Positions 1 to 14,306 of a stretch of DNA of 64,000 nucleotides are shown in pieces; within the stretch, counting starts at the first letter, position 1, and each line of letters begins with the position of its first letter. This DNA comes from Daphnia carinata (taxonomy: Eukaryota). The notes under the pieces were generated by a model. It was given only the letters and a program-made list of their open reading frames with translations. It was not told the DNA's origin and searched no databases. The stretch covers positions 2,232,001 through 2,296,000 of the forward strand of contig NC_081332.1 of the NCBI RefSeq assembly GCF_022539665.2. The letters run 5' to 3'. Both the position numbers and the translations under genes were made by a program.

Positions 1-108
1 TGGTCTCTCCACGGTTCGATCAGGTGTGGGGGGGGGGGGAGGGCCAAAATCGGGCGGTTTCAGGTCGGATGGAAGAAGCGCAAATAATCAAGAAGAAAAG
101 ACTCTTAC

Positions 109-515
109 CGTTATGACGCGTCTCATCAAAAAATTGCAGACGACCCCTCAATAAAAAAAAAAAATTCAAATTCACGAGAAAGATGAAAAAAAAAAATGAA
201 CGTCAGCTGATCGGTAAATGTCGAATGTGTTGTCACTGTGTCACGAAAAAAAAAAAAAAATAAACAAAAACAAGACGCACGAAAAACTTGTTGATGTCAA
301 GACGATACGCACTCGCAAACGCTTTTGGAATAATCAAAATTTTAAACTGACGGGCAATTCAAATTGGAAAAAAAAAAAAAAAAAAATCAAATAAAAATAA
401 ATAAATAAAATACACAGTAAAAATGAAATTGCGACGGGAGGAATGGGACAGGGCGACCAATCTGCATGCGGTCTAGGTGCCGTCTGCGCGGCCCTGCAAC
501 CGCCGCGATTTTATA
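109..515 (-). promoter_or_regulatory. Candidate internal promoter and alternative first exon of the minus-strand gene
   Basis: TATAAAA on the minus strand at 515-509 inside a GC-rich patch, (GA)n tracts just upstream (~561-618), and donor ACG|GTAAG after 109 preceded by ATG AGA CGC GTC ATA ACG (MRRVIT). Confidence 0.35.
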
Positions 516-3017
516 CGGCGCTGCTCCTCCCGCCACTAACGGTCGACTACGACAAACTGACTCTCTCTCTCTCTCCTCTCTTTGTTGCCTCTAGCATCTC
601 TCTCTCTGTCTCTCTCTTTCGTTTATCCTCCCCACCCCACCCCCATTCCCACCCTATCAAAAAGGAAAAAAGATGACAGTCAGAGTGGGCATAGTTCCAT
701 TCTTTTTTTTTTTTTCTTATTTTGGGGACTTTACGTCTGTCTACATTTCACGAGAACTTTTTAAGAAAAGCCGATTCAACTGTCAAACGTCCAGCAACTG
801 GACGAGAAAAAAAAAAGATACAAATTCAGTAGCTACTGGCTTTTCATCAGTCGGTCAAGGTACTTTGCCTTAAAATCAAGACATTTTCGTGAGCGACAAA
901 AAAAAAAAAAAAAAAAAAAAAATGTATAGTGGGAAGTTTGCGATCTAATTGGGTGTACGTACTGGCGCGTAAAAACAAGCAATCAAATTCGGCATTTCTA
1001 AAATGATATGCAGAGCTGGATTTCAAAAAAAAAAAAAAAAAAAAACAAAAAAAAAACCAGTCGATATCGACCTTGCAGTTTGGAACGTAAAGTCCCAAAA
1101 AAAAAAAAAAAAAATAAATAAATAAATAAAAATGATTATCACTTCGGTTGGAATGAGTGACGTAGCCCGCCAAACGACTACGCTCACTCAAAAACGCCTT
1201 CATGCCGAATGAATCAACCAGTTTTGATGATGACTGCAGGTGTAAACGGATTTATAGCGACGCTTCAAAAAAAAAAAAAAAAAAAAAAAAAAAAACGAAG
1301 ACAGTTTGGAACAGAGCGGTTGCCAAGTTTTCCTTCATTTATAGAAAACAAGAAAAATGAAACAATCAACATTGGCAGAGTGCGGCGAAAAAAAACAAAA
1401 CAAAACAAAAACATCATTGTCCGATGTTCCACAAACACGCAACGCGAGGAAGAAAAAAAAACATGAACTGGAACGAAGCAACAAGCTGTCTCATCTCGCT
1501 TCATAATTCGCATACTTTTTTTTTTGCCCATCGTTCATTTGAAATGGAGGAAAACAAAATGGCGGTTAGTTGGTGGGAAAATAAAAAAAAAAAAGCCAAT
1601 CGAACGTGTAAACGAACGTGATTATGCGCTAGTGTTGCAATGTGTGGCAATGGCACTGGACAAAGTAGAAATACAACCAACCTGCCCTCATCAAGTTTCC
1701 CCCCCCCCCCCTTTTTTTTTTTTTTTAATGTTTTCTCGTGAGCTTGTGGATATTAAACAGGCGATCACGTGACGATTCGGCCTGTTTTTTGTTTTTTTTC
1801 TATGGACGGTCGATATGCCCACGTTGTGCGTGTTCCACACTCTCCCTCCACACGGGCCCGTTCGTTGTTCGTTTCTATTTCGCCAAATGCATGCAAAACT
1901 CTCTCGCACAATCCGTGCCTTTCATCCATCGATTTTTTTTTTGTTTGTTTGTCTTTTCTTCCTACACGTTTTCTAGTTTTGCTGCTCACCCCCCCCCCCC
2001 CCTCCAAAAAAAAAAAACAAACTATTGTCGCCACATTCTGCATCCAGGAAAACTAACACAACGGCAAAAAAAAAAAACGATGTGACTTATCAAAGTGAGG
2101 GCGGATGTGGAAGGGCTTTGCGCTTAGCAAAAAAAAAAAAAAAAAAGGTCAGTTCCAGCCGGATGTGTGTTCCTGGACATAAAATTTTTTTTTTTTTTTT
2201 AAGTTGCCTATCCTTTAGCCAACAAATAAAAATTGTTCACGATGTGGGGGGGGGGGGCATTTTCAATAGTTACCTGTTGAAAATTCGCAATTTGTTGGAA
2301 CGCATAACAAAAAAAAAAAAAACAATGGTAGGCGTCAAACAAAATCAAAAGCGGCCTTAAGCTATGATAATCTGTCCGACCACACACACACAAGAACAAA
2401 TCATTTCTTTTTATTGCGCTCCAAGAACAATAAAAACTGAGGCCCAACCGACGGCCAGCAACTTGTTCTCCGTTTGTTTTCATCCATCGATCGCAAGAAA
2501 GAGGTCAGTCCCTTCTTTGAAAAAAAAAAAAAAAAAAAAAAAAAACTTTGGATAAAAATTCGCCGCAGCATGGCCGAACGTGGGGGGGGGGGGCCGGGGG
2601 ACGTTGGGGACACAAGGGCGAACTGGATTAGCGTCCAAGTTGGCGTGACATTTCCCAAACAGCTGATTTGATTAGAACGCGTAGAACGCGCACATCATTT
2701 TGTTTTGCCTCCTCTTCTCCCACCCCACCCACACCCGACACCCCGTCCTTTCTTTTGCTGGTCCCGAACTCCCCGACTCTTTTTCAGTGCGCATTTTTCT
2801 TTAACCTTTTGTTTTATTAATGACGTGTTTTACGGAAGACATAGTGTTATATATAAAAAAAAAAAAAAAGAAAAAAAGATGGCTAAATTTACCGGTGATG
2901 AAGGTAGAGAGAGAGAGGGGGGGGGGGGGAAGAACAAGATCTCATGCAAAGTACGATTAACACTAAAGATGTTTGCGATGCACAAGACCGGTAGGGACAA
3001 GCTATTGATCGGGGCCA

Positions 3018-3020
<3 letters not shown>

Positions 3021-3058
<38 letters not shown>
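3021..3058. repeat. Poly-C tract (38 nt)
   Basis: Directly visible; one of many G/C and A/T homopolymers in 1-17.7 kb. Confidence 0.95.
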
Positions 3059-3059
<1 letters not shown>

Positions 3060-5716
3060 CCCCACCCCAAATGTATAGGCAGAAGATCGTCCGGCCCTTG
3101 TTTTTTTTGGCCATTCGATTGGCAGGAGCGCGCATCTCTCTTCCTAATGATACAACCCGACCGACACGGATCTCTCTCTCTCTCTCTCTCTATACGTTGA
3201 TCTGTTTTCGCGCTAATGATGGCGGCACCAAACAATTCGTCGCCCATCACAACGGGCAAGCTACAAGCAAAAGAAAATGATAACTCAATCTAGATACAGC
3301 ATTGAATTTCACAGCCTGCCCGCGCAAATGTTAAAACAAATTTTTTTTTTTTTTTGCTTTCTTTTCTTTTCCCCTCCAAAGAAAAAAAAAAAAAAAAAAA
3401 AAAAAAAGGAAAAGAATTTTTGACACTAAAAGATTTGAGCATTTAAAAGACGCCGTGATTCAAAGGGAAATGAGCAAAAACGGACATTCCGTTCGTTTTC
3501 CAATTTAAAATACCTAAAGAAATGAAAAGGGGAGGGGGCGGGGGTTTATATGAAATTCTACAGATCTACGCAACGTTTCGAATGGACATGAGAAAGGGGG
3601 ATCTGATTGATATATATATATATATATATTTTTTTTTTTGCTTTTGAAAGCGAACTTACGGCATGATGGCTGGACAAGGCAAAAAAAAAAGTTTCTCTGA
3701 TCGACAGTTGGCGACGTACTGGCACTCGGCTGGCCCACGCAACACGCTGTCGACCCGCCAAACTGCAACGCTGAAGCCATCAAACAGTATCCCCATCCTC
3801 AAACTAGCTGTCCCGTTGTTTTGCCTAATAGGATTGCAAATTCCTCATTAGACAACGCTCTCCCCCCCCCCCCCCCTCCTCTTCTCTTAGGCGCTTGGCC
3901 GGCATCGCGGTACAGACGAACGGCTGACAAGAAGCAGAAAGGAGGGATCGATTTGAACGATGTTCGATGCTCACCATCACGTGCACGTCAATCTTTGCTG
4001 TGCTGATAATAACACATGCGAAAGGGGGATGTTTGACAACTGATTCCTGTGTGCCGTTAGAGGCTTGCCTCTGTCCAACTCATTTGTGAAAATTCATGAA
4101 TACGTGAAAGGAGCCCTCGCGAGCGCGCTTGGACGTTCCTAGTAGGCGTTCACATCGTTCGAGATGACCATCTTCGGAAATCCAAAAACAAAATAAAACA
4201 AAACATTGATCACGGGATTTAAACTACGTATGCTGTTATTACGATGAAGTGATTTAGAAAAAAAAAAAGAAACAGGAACTTGTTACGAGCTGGGGGGATG
4301 GGCCAGCGCGCCATGACGCCATTTGATTTTCACCGCATTGAATCATCAATCAAATTGTATGATTTCTTGATGTATGGGCCGCTCTTTCGGACGTGCGGTT
4401 ATTACACGGATCGCTCAATACAACAACAATGTACGACAAGGTTAACCTCCACCCCCCCCCCCCACCCCCACCTCCAAAACAAAAGGGGAAAAAAAAGTAA
4501 AAAATAGGCGATAATTTTGCTCACGAATAAGCAATTCGTTACTTCAAGTAAAACTCGAACCAGAAAAGGTTACAGTCAGTTTAAAGGGGAAACCTTTTGA
4601 AAATAAAATTTAAAAAAAAAAAAAAAAGTTTCTTTTTTTTTTTTCTCGTTGTACTTTTCTACCTTATAATTGAATTGATAGGAGCTGATACGCGGAAACC
4701 TACAAGCGAAAGTATTTTTTTTTTTTCCTATGGCTCCGCCCTCCACTAGTTTTCCGCTTCCTCATTTGAAAACCCTACAGCTGCAAAAAAAAAAAAAAAA
4801 ATAATAATCCAACGGCATAGGGGGGGGGGGGGGGGGGGGAAGGGCTCTCGTTTCCAAAAAAAAAAAAAAAAAAAGACGAACGCAACGCGCGCACATCGAA
4901 TGGCTTTCTAATTGAACAAGCAAAACAAATAGTTTACGTAGACCGACGTTGTGCCTAACGAGCGTGGCTATTTTTCACAGCTGATTTATAGATCGATCAG
5001 ACAGCGCCATTCGCACGATTCCCGCATCGACGTAATCAGTTCGAATTGTGTAATAAAAGCTTACTGGTCGCAACGAGACCAATCACATTTTTCGCTACAC
5101 AACACGCGCACGCGCAAGTGAATTGAAGTGAACACTCGCAGACATTCTCTCATTTTGCAAGAAAATTAAGACGAAGAAGAAAAAAAAAAAAAAAAGGGGA
5201 GGAACGTCTTTCAAGAGGCGATCGATAATAATAGATGAACACATAGTTCCGAACCAACAAAGTATACAAATTGTCATCAAGGGAATAAAGAAAGAAACAA
5301 CTGCAGAAAAAAAAAAAAAATCGATAATAAAAAAAAAGAAAAAAAGGGACACACAGTGTGTGGCGACTAGCAATTTTCGGTGGTGCTAAAAACCGTAGCA
5401 ATCTCTTGACTAGATGGATAATTACGAGCCTTGGAAATTGCGGCAGCCCCTCCCCATCCCATTAGCATTATCTGCCAAACAATAGAATGTTTCATTCCCC
5501 CCCCCCCCCCCCAACAAGAAACACACAGAATTAATGAAGGGAAACAACAAAACAAAACAAAAAAAAATGACGTGATAAAAAGACAAGCGAAACGACGTCA
5601 CAGAAAATAAAAAAAAATAAAAATAAAAATCAAACATAAATAAAAAAAAAATAAATAAATAATTGAAAACTAATGCCTGCAGTTGAATTAGTTGTGTATC
5701 CCAATGGCTAAAAAGA

Positions 5717-5747
<31 letters not shown>

Positions 5748-6110
5748 CAAGAAAGAAGAAGCGGGTAAAACGAACGAGAAAGGTCGATGCATTTTTCAGT
5801 GGCCCGAGTCGCACAGCGGGACACGCTCATCGGTCGCTACTCCCGGCCTCAGCATCAAAAGCAACAGAAGCGGAAATCAAACGCTCGGCTCGCAGGATGA
5901 CGCAGGTCCAAAAACCTTTTCGCTTCCTCTTATTTCTCCTTACAAAAAAAAAAAAAAAAAAAAAGAAAAAAAGAAAAGGAGGAACGAAAGGCAGTTTACC
6001 TTTTCTGTTGGTCGCTTACTCATTCATGAACCTCACAGGCTCTGAAAAAATAAACAAAATTCCGTGGGGAGAAAATCCTGTGCTAATATCCCAAGTTTAT
6101 TTCTTCTTTT

Positions 6111-6114
<4 letters not shown>

Positions 6115-6154
<40 letters not shown>
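6115..6154. repeat. Poly-A tract (40 nt)
   Basis: Directly visible. Confidence 0.95.
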
Positions 6155-6157
<3 letters not shown>

Positions 6158-7532
6158 ACATTTCACGCGGCAGGTTAACATCCCCGCTGATAAAAACTGG
6201 AGAAAATTGCGTCCTGGAAAATCAAAAAATGTTTTTTTTTTTTTTTTTTTTTTTAACTGACGGGCTGTTAAACGCATCGAAATCCCGTTTGATTTGCAAT
6301 AAGAAGACCAAGACGGGCCTTGGTATCAAGTATATGCATACAATGAGGGAAGGTATATAGACCCATACCCCCCCACACACACACACACACATACACACGC
6401 AGAGCAAAAGTTGGATCAATACAATCCGGGCTGAAAATGTTAGGGCCCAACCTAAATGTTAAAAGCTCGGAAAATTGTAACGCCTGGTGCGCGAGTACAA
6501 TCATTATTTTTCACTTTCTTAACTCACGCGTTTTACACACACAGTCCCTCTTAACTTGTTGGAAATAAAAAAAAAAAATACTTTTTTTTTATTTCGCGTT
6601 TCATTTACATCGCACAAAGAAAAAAAAAGAAAAAAAAGGGACAATTGATAAGTACGTTGCAACAGCAAAGCAACACGCGTGTTTCTCTTTTATTTCTAAT
6701 TAAGCGCGTGCAACCATCTCTATAGGCCAAAAATAAAAAATAAAGAATAAATCAGAGGATGGAGATCGTATTGCACGACACAGTCATAAGAAACCCAAAT
6801 CCGTTGGGCTTCGAATCGCAGTGCGGGCTGAATGGCACGCTCACCTGCAGGTCGGCAAAACGAAAGTAATAGGTCTTGGGTTTTTGCTCGATTGACGTCA
6901 CAATCCAGCAATTACGAGACGTTAGGTGGATAAAAGCGAGGCAATAAAAAAAAAAAATAATAATAATAATAAACCACCACGAGTCTTACTGCAATCAGTT
7001 AAAGCAGCCGCGTGTTTTCGCAACCTCTTTACACACACACACACACACACACACAAAAAAAAAAAAGAATAAAAAGACAAGTTGAAGGTTCAGGGGGGTT
7101 GGTAGTTTGCGATCGCATCAAAACATCAAAGTTGAATGCTGTACACAGTGGCGAAAAAAAATTTCGATGGCTACGTATACACGTAGAGAAGACGAGGTTG
7201 TTTTTCAAAAATCGTGTTAAACACACACACACACACACACCGTGGCCGCGTGTGTTTCATTATTTAATGCTTGTTAAAGTCTCGCAGATAAACTTTCACG
7301 TGAATCGCCAGAGCGCCCCGTAACGTGAACCAGTTTGACGGATGGTTTAAAAATGGCCGACGGGGAGTTTCTGATTAAAGACGAGCGGCGGCGACCCCCC
7401 CCCCCCCCCTCCACAAACTTCGTCAAACTAAGAGCATAATGCCATCAAATTGAACGCAGTTAAACGGCGAAATGCTGAACAATGAAAAATCATTGTACAA
7501 AATAAAATATTAAAAAAATAAAATATTTAAAA

Positions 7533-7562
<30 letters not shown>
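7533..7562. repeat. (AAT)n microsatellite
   Basis: About 10 perfect units. Confidence 0.9.
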
Positions 7563-7563
<1 letters not shown>

Positions 7564-9368
7564 TTGAGGTACATATCTACACGATACGCTATTATAACCC
7601 CAGGGCCAAGATGCAATTTGTAAACGCGTAAAAAAAAACAAAAAAAAAAAAAATAAAAACATTTCAAATGCTTCTCTTACAGGTTGCGAACAGTTTGCGC
7701 TTCATCAGAAGGAGAAAAAAGAAAATGAGGGATGGCCGCGGGTATAGCCGTGAAGTCATTACACATGGCGCTTTAAACTGCGTTGCAAAGGATGTCTCAT
7801 TTTTTGTTTTGTTTTTTTCGTCTGCTGCACACGGAGCAGATTGGCCAGTGCATCAAAGGGCGAACTGCGTCAAGTACATGAACGAGAACAATGACGCAAC
7901 GACCGTACCGACAAACATGTTTCACCGCGTCCATCCACAACACTCCACTCGCCGTTGAAACCAAAGTTGCAAACCGCCAAAGTTGCGTTTTCGAAAACAA
8001 AAAAAAAAAACTGAATGGGGGAGAGGGGAGGAGTTGAAATCATTACCGCATAACATTGCATCATTGCATCATTTTCAAAAGAGCAAAAAAAAAAACAAAA
8101 AAACAAACAAAACAAAACAAAAAGCGTCTCGGAATTTTGTGTCAAAATCGCTGCAACAACTTGTGATAACGCATACGAACGTTCAACTGCGAAAAAGCTG
8201 AAGAGCTTCGTGAAAAAAAAAACAAAAACAAAAGAGGCTGTTGGTTGGGGTCACGCCGGCCGTCACGACCAGCAAAATTTTTTATGAATAATTCAACAGA
8301 TAAATACGAAGAGAACGGGTCACTAGATCAAGACGATAATAATAATAAAAAAAAAGAGCAGACGCGTCGCAACAGAATAAAATGAGGAATAATTGCTGTA
8401 AGAAAAGCGAATTTCGGTCGACACATTTTCTTTTTGGTGAGTCTTCAAAGAGCGGTGAGACTTAGTGCCTAGTAAAATTACGAGTGCAGCGCTTCGAGTG
8501 TACGGCACCGGCAACATGGTTTTTTTTTTTTTTTTTTTTTTAAAGAGCTTCAACACTTTTAATGAGCGGACTTTTTTTTTTTTTTGCGTTCACCCCAAGA
8601 TAATGGGCACAATGAGACACACACACACACAAAGGGAATAATAGTAACAACAAATGAATAGAAGAAGAAGAAGAAGAAGAAGAAAAAAAAAGGGGAACAA
8701 AGAAAAGAAAACTTCTACTGTTCTTTTCTTTTTGATTTGGTGGCGGCGGCGGTAGTAGTAGACTTAAAAGAAAATGTGTATAACTCCTGAGCTATTAGGA
8801 AACGAGGTTTACCATCTGCACCTCAAGGGAACGAAAAAGCAGGGCACCATTTTTAGTGGGAAGACGCGTTATGGCCCGTGAAATACCTTTGGTGGTTACG
8901 TTCTTTAAAAAAAATAAATAAATAATAAATAAAAATCGATTGGCTACTCCTAGACAGCATCCATAAAACAAGAGGGCTACATACGGCCACGAAATCTTTT
9001 AGTTTGAAAAAAAAAAAAAAAAAATTCAATCAATAGAGAATTATTTGAGGCCAATGCTCATTTTAAAAAAATAATTATTATTTAAAAAAGAAAAGAAAAA
9101 AAAAAGAAAAGCTCCCGCAGAGGCGCGAACGCTAGACCGATCCTTTACCACCAATTACCATGACCTCAGCTGAGTGATTGCGTGCAGCAACATAGTCTGC
9201 TACAAGTTGATCGAGCTGCCCTTTCTTACTCTTTTATGGGATGGCACCATTGTGACACGGACCAAATAAAAAGCAGACTGTTCCTTACGACACACACACA
9301 AAAAAAAGCAAGTCCTAACCTCAATGGTAATCAACGAGATATGCTTTGTTTCCTTGACCAATTTACAA

Positions 9369-9404
<36 letters not shown>

Positions 9405-10647
9405 TTTCGTGCACTGCCGCGACATTCTACCAAGGCGAGATATATACCGTAAACACATTGCCTATTATGGATTTAGTAACACCGTTAGCTTTCTTGAAAG
9501 GAAAAAAAAATTGTCAAAGGATACAGAGAAAAACGTCTGGTAGAAGGAAAGGTGTTAAACGCTCCAAAAATACAAAAACGTGTTTCTTTTTCCCTGATTT
9601 CAATTCATCTTCAGCGTAATATTTCATTTTTACCATTCTTATGGATACAAAACAATGTCTGCCTTAGTTAATAGACGTGAAACCCAGAATGAATCGGCGC
9701 CAAGACCCAAACGCCATCTAGTAGTCGCGCTAAGCACTTCACGACAAACACGAGAACGTGTTTAGCAAATTGGCCGATAGATGGCGAAAGAAAATCGCAA
9801 GGAAGCTCTACTATGTCAGCCGCACCTGCGGCAGTGATATTCACGGTCAAGATGAAACAAATCGATAATGGCAACGCTTGCCCGTTAGATCTTTCGCTGA
9901 TTCCGCAAGGCGAGACAACTACATTACGCCACCAATTTGCGATACATTGTTGTGTCCGTGGGTAATGATAATTTGGCACTTCATTGCCAACCGATAATAC
10001 GGGGCGACAAAAGAAAAAGGTGGGGGGGGGGGAATTATAATAGAAGAAGATGAAGGCAAGGCGATGTAAGTTGATGAACGATGATTAGAGGCAGGTCGAT
10101 GAAAGACTTCAAGCGAGCAATCAGCGGCAGAGGAGGCACTCTTCCGAGTAAACAGCCACCAAATTAGAGATTCGCATTATTACGAGGCGCCGGAACCGGG
10201 CAACAATAATTCGCTGACAAGTCCAAACAAATCACCGGCCCCCCTCAGCGCCCAGCCGAACTAGACGACCATTGTTTTTGTTTTTGTTTTTGTTTTTGTT
10301 TTTTTTTTCACAAAGGTTACGATCGCTACGGTGCCACACTTGTTCTCCCTCCCCGATCCAATTTTCTTATTCGCGACGTGATGAGGTTCTACCAGCATAA
10401 AAATGCTGAAAAAAAAAAACAAAAAAACCAACAGATAAAAAGAGAAGAAGCCTCACACGACTGAGAAAAGAAAAAAAAAAATTTTTTTAACAAGTAAAAA
10501 GAAAAGGTGAAGATTTCCTTTCTCTTCGCCAGAGTCGGCAAAAGCAAGCGGCAATAAAAATAATAATAGGGTCTGAAAATTCCCGAGAGTCAAAGTCGCC
10601 TATAGGAGGAAGACGATCGATTCTTTTCGGTCCCAGAAGCAGAACAG

Positions 10648-10678
<31 letters not shown>

Positions 10679-11122
10679 GTGAGAAGACTCTCTCGCATCG
10701 TTTCTCCGTCTATCCAGCCCCTGACGGCCATTATTGTTGAAAAGAACTGAAGGAAGAAGGAGAACAATAAAGGAAATCCAAGCATTTCGTATTTATGGAA
10801 GAAACGCAAATGGCGCAGCCTTACGTAGAGAAAAGGGAAAAGAAAAGAAAAAAAAAAAAATATATATATATATATATATATGCATTCAAGCATTTAAGCA
10901 AATAGAACGTTTTTGATTCTAATGGCTGATCTAATGGGAAATGGAACGAAAACAACAGCCCGGCCCTATACCACCGTCAGATCGATTCCCGAAGATCTCG
11001 ACTTACCTTCGGTCACACAGCCATATTGTTTTTCATTTCTCTCCCCCCCTCCCTCCCCCGCCTGACTAACTATGCCATTATAATGAACTGTAACCTTACA
11101 TCTAAACATTAGCTGTATGGAT

Positions 11123-11157
<35 letters not shown>

Positions 11158-13505
11158 AGAATTGGAATTCAAGCCACGCGAAAGAAAAATGCGATCATTA
11201 AAGACTCTTCTCGTTAAAAGGATATTTAAAGACCCCAAGCAGATGTAGATAGTAAACTCACTGGACACACACACAAGTCCCGAAATAATGAGGCTAACTT
11301 CTCTCTCTCTCTCTCTCTCGTTCGAACCAACAATGCGAATAAAAAAGAAAGAAAGAAAAAAAAAATGGAATTGAACGGCCTTGGAGGTAAATTGACGGAC
11401 CGTGTAATCTCTATAGAAAAAAGAAAAGAGATTCTTCTCATCAGCTGCACGTTGAATTGGCCTAATCGAATGATTCGCTAGCGTGGCCTCTCTCTCTCTC
11501 TCTCTGCACAGCACAGCACAGAAATCATTGGCGAGACATTGATCCATCGGCCTGGACTATTTCTAGCGACAGTGTTCACGTCAACTCAAATGCAGTGTGA
11601 ACGACGTTCTAGATCGCCGGCCTGCGCACCAAGACGAAAAGAAAAAAGAAAAAAGAAAAAAAAAAAGGCGGGGATGGGAGGGCCGAGAAAGGGCAATAGC
11701 ACAACGATGCTGAAGCTCGGCCGGTCGAGTTCAAGATCGATGATGATGTGGCCGTTCGTTCGTGCGTGACTCTGATTGACCAATCAGTGTCACAGCGGCG
11801 CCGACGCCCACAATAATAAAAAAAAAAAAAAAAAAGAAAAGACGATCGCAATCGTTTGCCGTAGACGTATGCGCAAAAGTTTTTTTTTATCGACATAAAA
11901 CATTTTGCCACCTTTATTTATTTATTTTTTTTTCACGAACGGTGAAGTGGGGGGGTGTGGGGTGTGTGTGCGTGCGCAGCAGTTTAACGTCCCCCGAAAA
12001 AAAAAACTTGTAAATGTAATTAAGCGACAGGGATCGCGAGGTTGTAAAGCGGAGGCGAGTTCAATAACGTTTCCCCGGTGTTTGAAAGAAAGAACACGGT
12101 GCGATTCACATCCGAGTCGGTGTGTGCGTTCGAACAAAAAAAAAAAGGAGACGCAAAAAAACGTGTCGAACTCGGCGAACTTAAGAGCAGCGGGAGGAGG
12201 AGACCATGTCGGCACAATCTGTCGATTCCAGGTAAGCTCCATCATATTTTTTTATTTTTTATGCGCTCCAATGTGTTGAACAACGCAGTGAAAACAGTTG
12301 ATTAGATGCGAGAGTAGATTTGCGGTTTGAAGACGCACAACAACAACAACAACAAAGAGGAAATCCAATTGAGTTGTGTCATCAAACAGCCTACTTTATG
12401 ACGTTGTTATACGCCAAACGTCATCAGTAAGACACATTGTGCGCTGCTGTCAATCGATCGCGGCATAGCATTGTGTACACAACGATCGATAAGCAAGCAC
12501 CGAATCAAAGGCCCGTCCAAGTTTACATCGATGCAAACCCACGCAGCATGAAGAAACGATGGCATACAACAACAACAACACAAAAAAAAGAAAGACAGAA
12601 AGATATGGACCAACAAAAAAAAAAAAAAAAAAAAAAGGGAGGGCATTTAGCGTAAAATAATTGGCAAGCTGCAAACAACGTGCCAACACGCTATTCATCT
12701 CGTGCTGTCCGACGAGACCAAAATAAAAAAATAAGAAAGAGATGATAAGACAGACATCAAAGAAAGGGGCCGAAACCAATCAGCAAGTATGTTGCTCTTT
12801 AGACCAAAGAGGCAAAGAGGAAATCGATCCATTTCCTCGATGACACGCCTCAACAGCAATATGAAGCCTCTTCTCTTTTCATAACATATTTGACCAGCAA
12901 TTTTTCTCCCTTTTTTTTTGGTAAAAAAAAGGTAGAACGAAGATACATCTCTACCCCTCTACTCCTCTTTCCATCACCTTAACAAACACAGGACGCGTTT
13001 CCGGAAAAAAAAAAGAAAAGCAAAAGTTCGATCCCGCGTCCTATCAACCTTGTCCTCTCTGATGTCCCACCCCTTTCATCACATTTTCCATAGCGTCAGC
13101 GACGATCCTGACTCCACCCCCCCCCCCCCAACACACACTCACACACTGGCTAAACTTCTTGCTTTCCCAGCCAGAAATAATTGACTCAAATATTGATTTC
13201 CACGTAAAAGACGCCGGTCTTTCTTTAAGAAAAACCTTTTTTTTTTGTTTTTTTCTTTTAAAGAGTTCCAAAGCGTTCTGGACCAGCATTTAACATCGCA
13301 TCAAATATACATGACCGTCCGTGATGCAGTTCAAGTTCATGACCAAACTACTAAATCTAAAGGACACACACGAACACGGTCCGTGGCGTGTCCTGACCAT
13401 TTTTTTTTTTTACAACCTCCTCTTTTCTTTTGGTTTTTTTTTTTTTAAAGAAAACACTTTGAACAGCGAAACAAGCCTTAAAAGAAATCTAAAAACAAAG
13501 CGAAC

Positions 13506-13536
<31 letters not shown>

Positions 13537-13622
13537 AAAAGTCAAGATGTGCATTCAACCCACTTTGCAACGGCAAAGGGTTTTCGTGCGTGTGATGATG
13601 AGATGAATGGAAACCGTCCTAC

Positions 13623-14306
13623 CTGGTTGTGGTGAAGTAATGGGGCGTGATGGAATCTCGTTCATCGAGCGGGTACAGTAACGGAGTGGAGAGCGTCTCC
13701 GATGCATAATCGAAGAACGTTTCCTCGGTAGATGGACCCGGTTGGTCCACGACGGTAATAACAGGCACTGGTCGGTTAAAACGCTGCACGATCCTCCTAT
13801 CGGTCAACAGTTGCGACACGACGCACTCGCCGTGAAACGATCGCGAAGAAGCACAGGCCGTCGATGGCGATACATCGCCATCGTCGTCGTCCTCACTTTC
13901 GTCCACCCCAGTTTGATTCTCGTCTTCCTCATCGTCCACGTCGGCCGACGTGTCTTCATCGTCCGTCGCTGAATCTTCCGCATCTTCCGATTCGCCAATC
14001 GATTCATCGTCCTCATTATCACATTCGGCCGAATCGTTCAAATCGCACTTGACTTCACCATCGCCATCGCCATCGCTCGGCTCCGCTCCGCCTTCAATCC
14101 CGGCCAACGTGATTGCATTCCCGTCTCCGGCATCCGATGCGAGCGAAGCCGGAGCAGCAAGTCGGGCCGTTTTGGCTCGACCCAATTTGCGACGGACGGC
14201 ATAGTGACGTCGATGCCGGTAGTTGGTCGTCATCATGTCCGTGTCGCACGGATAATGCGGACAGCCCTGAGCAGCATCCGATTCGGCCTCCATGGCTGTG
14301 CTGCCG
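13623..14306 (-). CDS. Coding exon (acidic, low-complexity segment) of a large unidentified minus-strand gene continuing off-window to the left
   Basis: GC-rich 224-codon open frame (ORF 13619..14293) within AT-rich homopolymer DNA, with an Asp/Glu-rich tract. Acceptor ...aatcttAG| ends before 14306, the ATG at 14293 has gccATGG context, and the donor CCAG|GTAGG follows 13623. Length 684 nt (multiple of 3). Confidence 0.7.

Noticed and set aside
9668..9979. 103-aa minus-strand ORF in less repetitive sequence
   Set aside because: No recognisable motif and no convincing splice sites.
443..13450. Numerous 60-190 aa ORFs rich in poly-K, poly-F, poly-G or poly-P
   Set aside because: They are translations of homopolymer and microsatellite tracts, with no domain signal or consistent splice structure.
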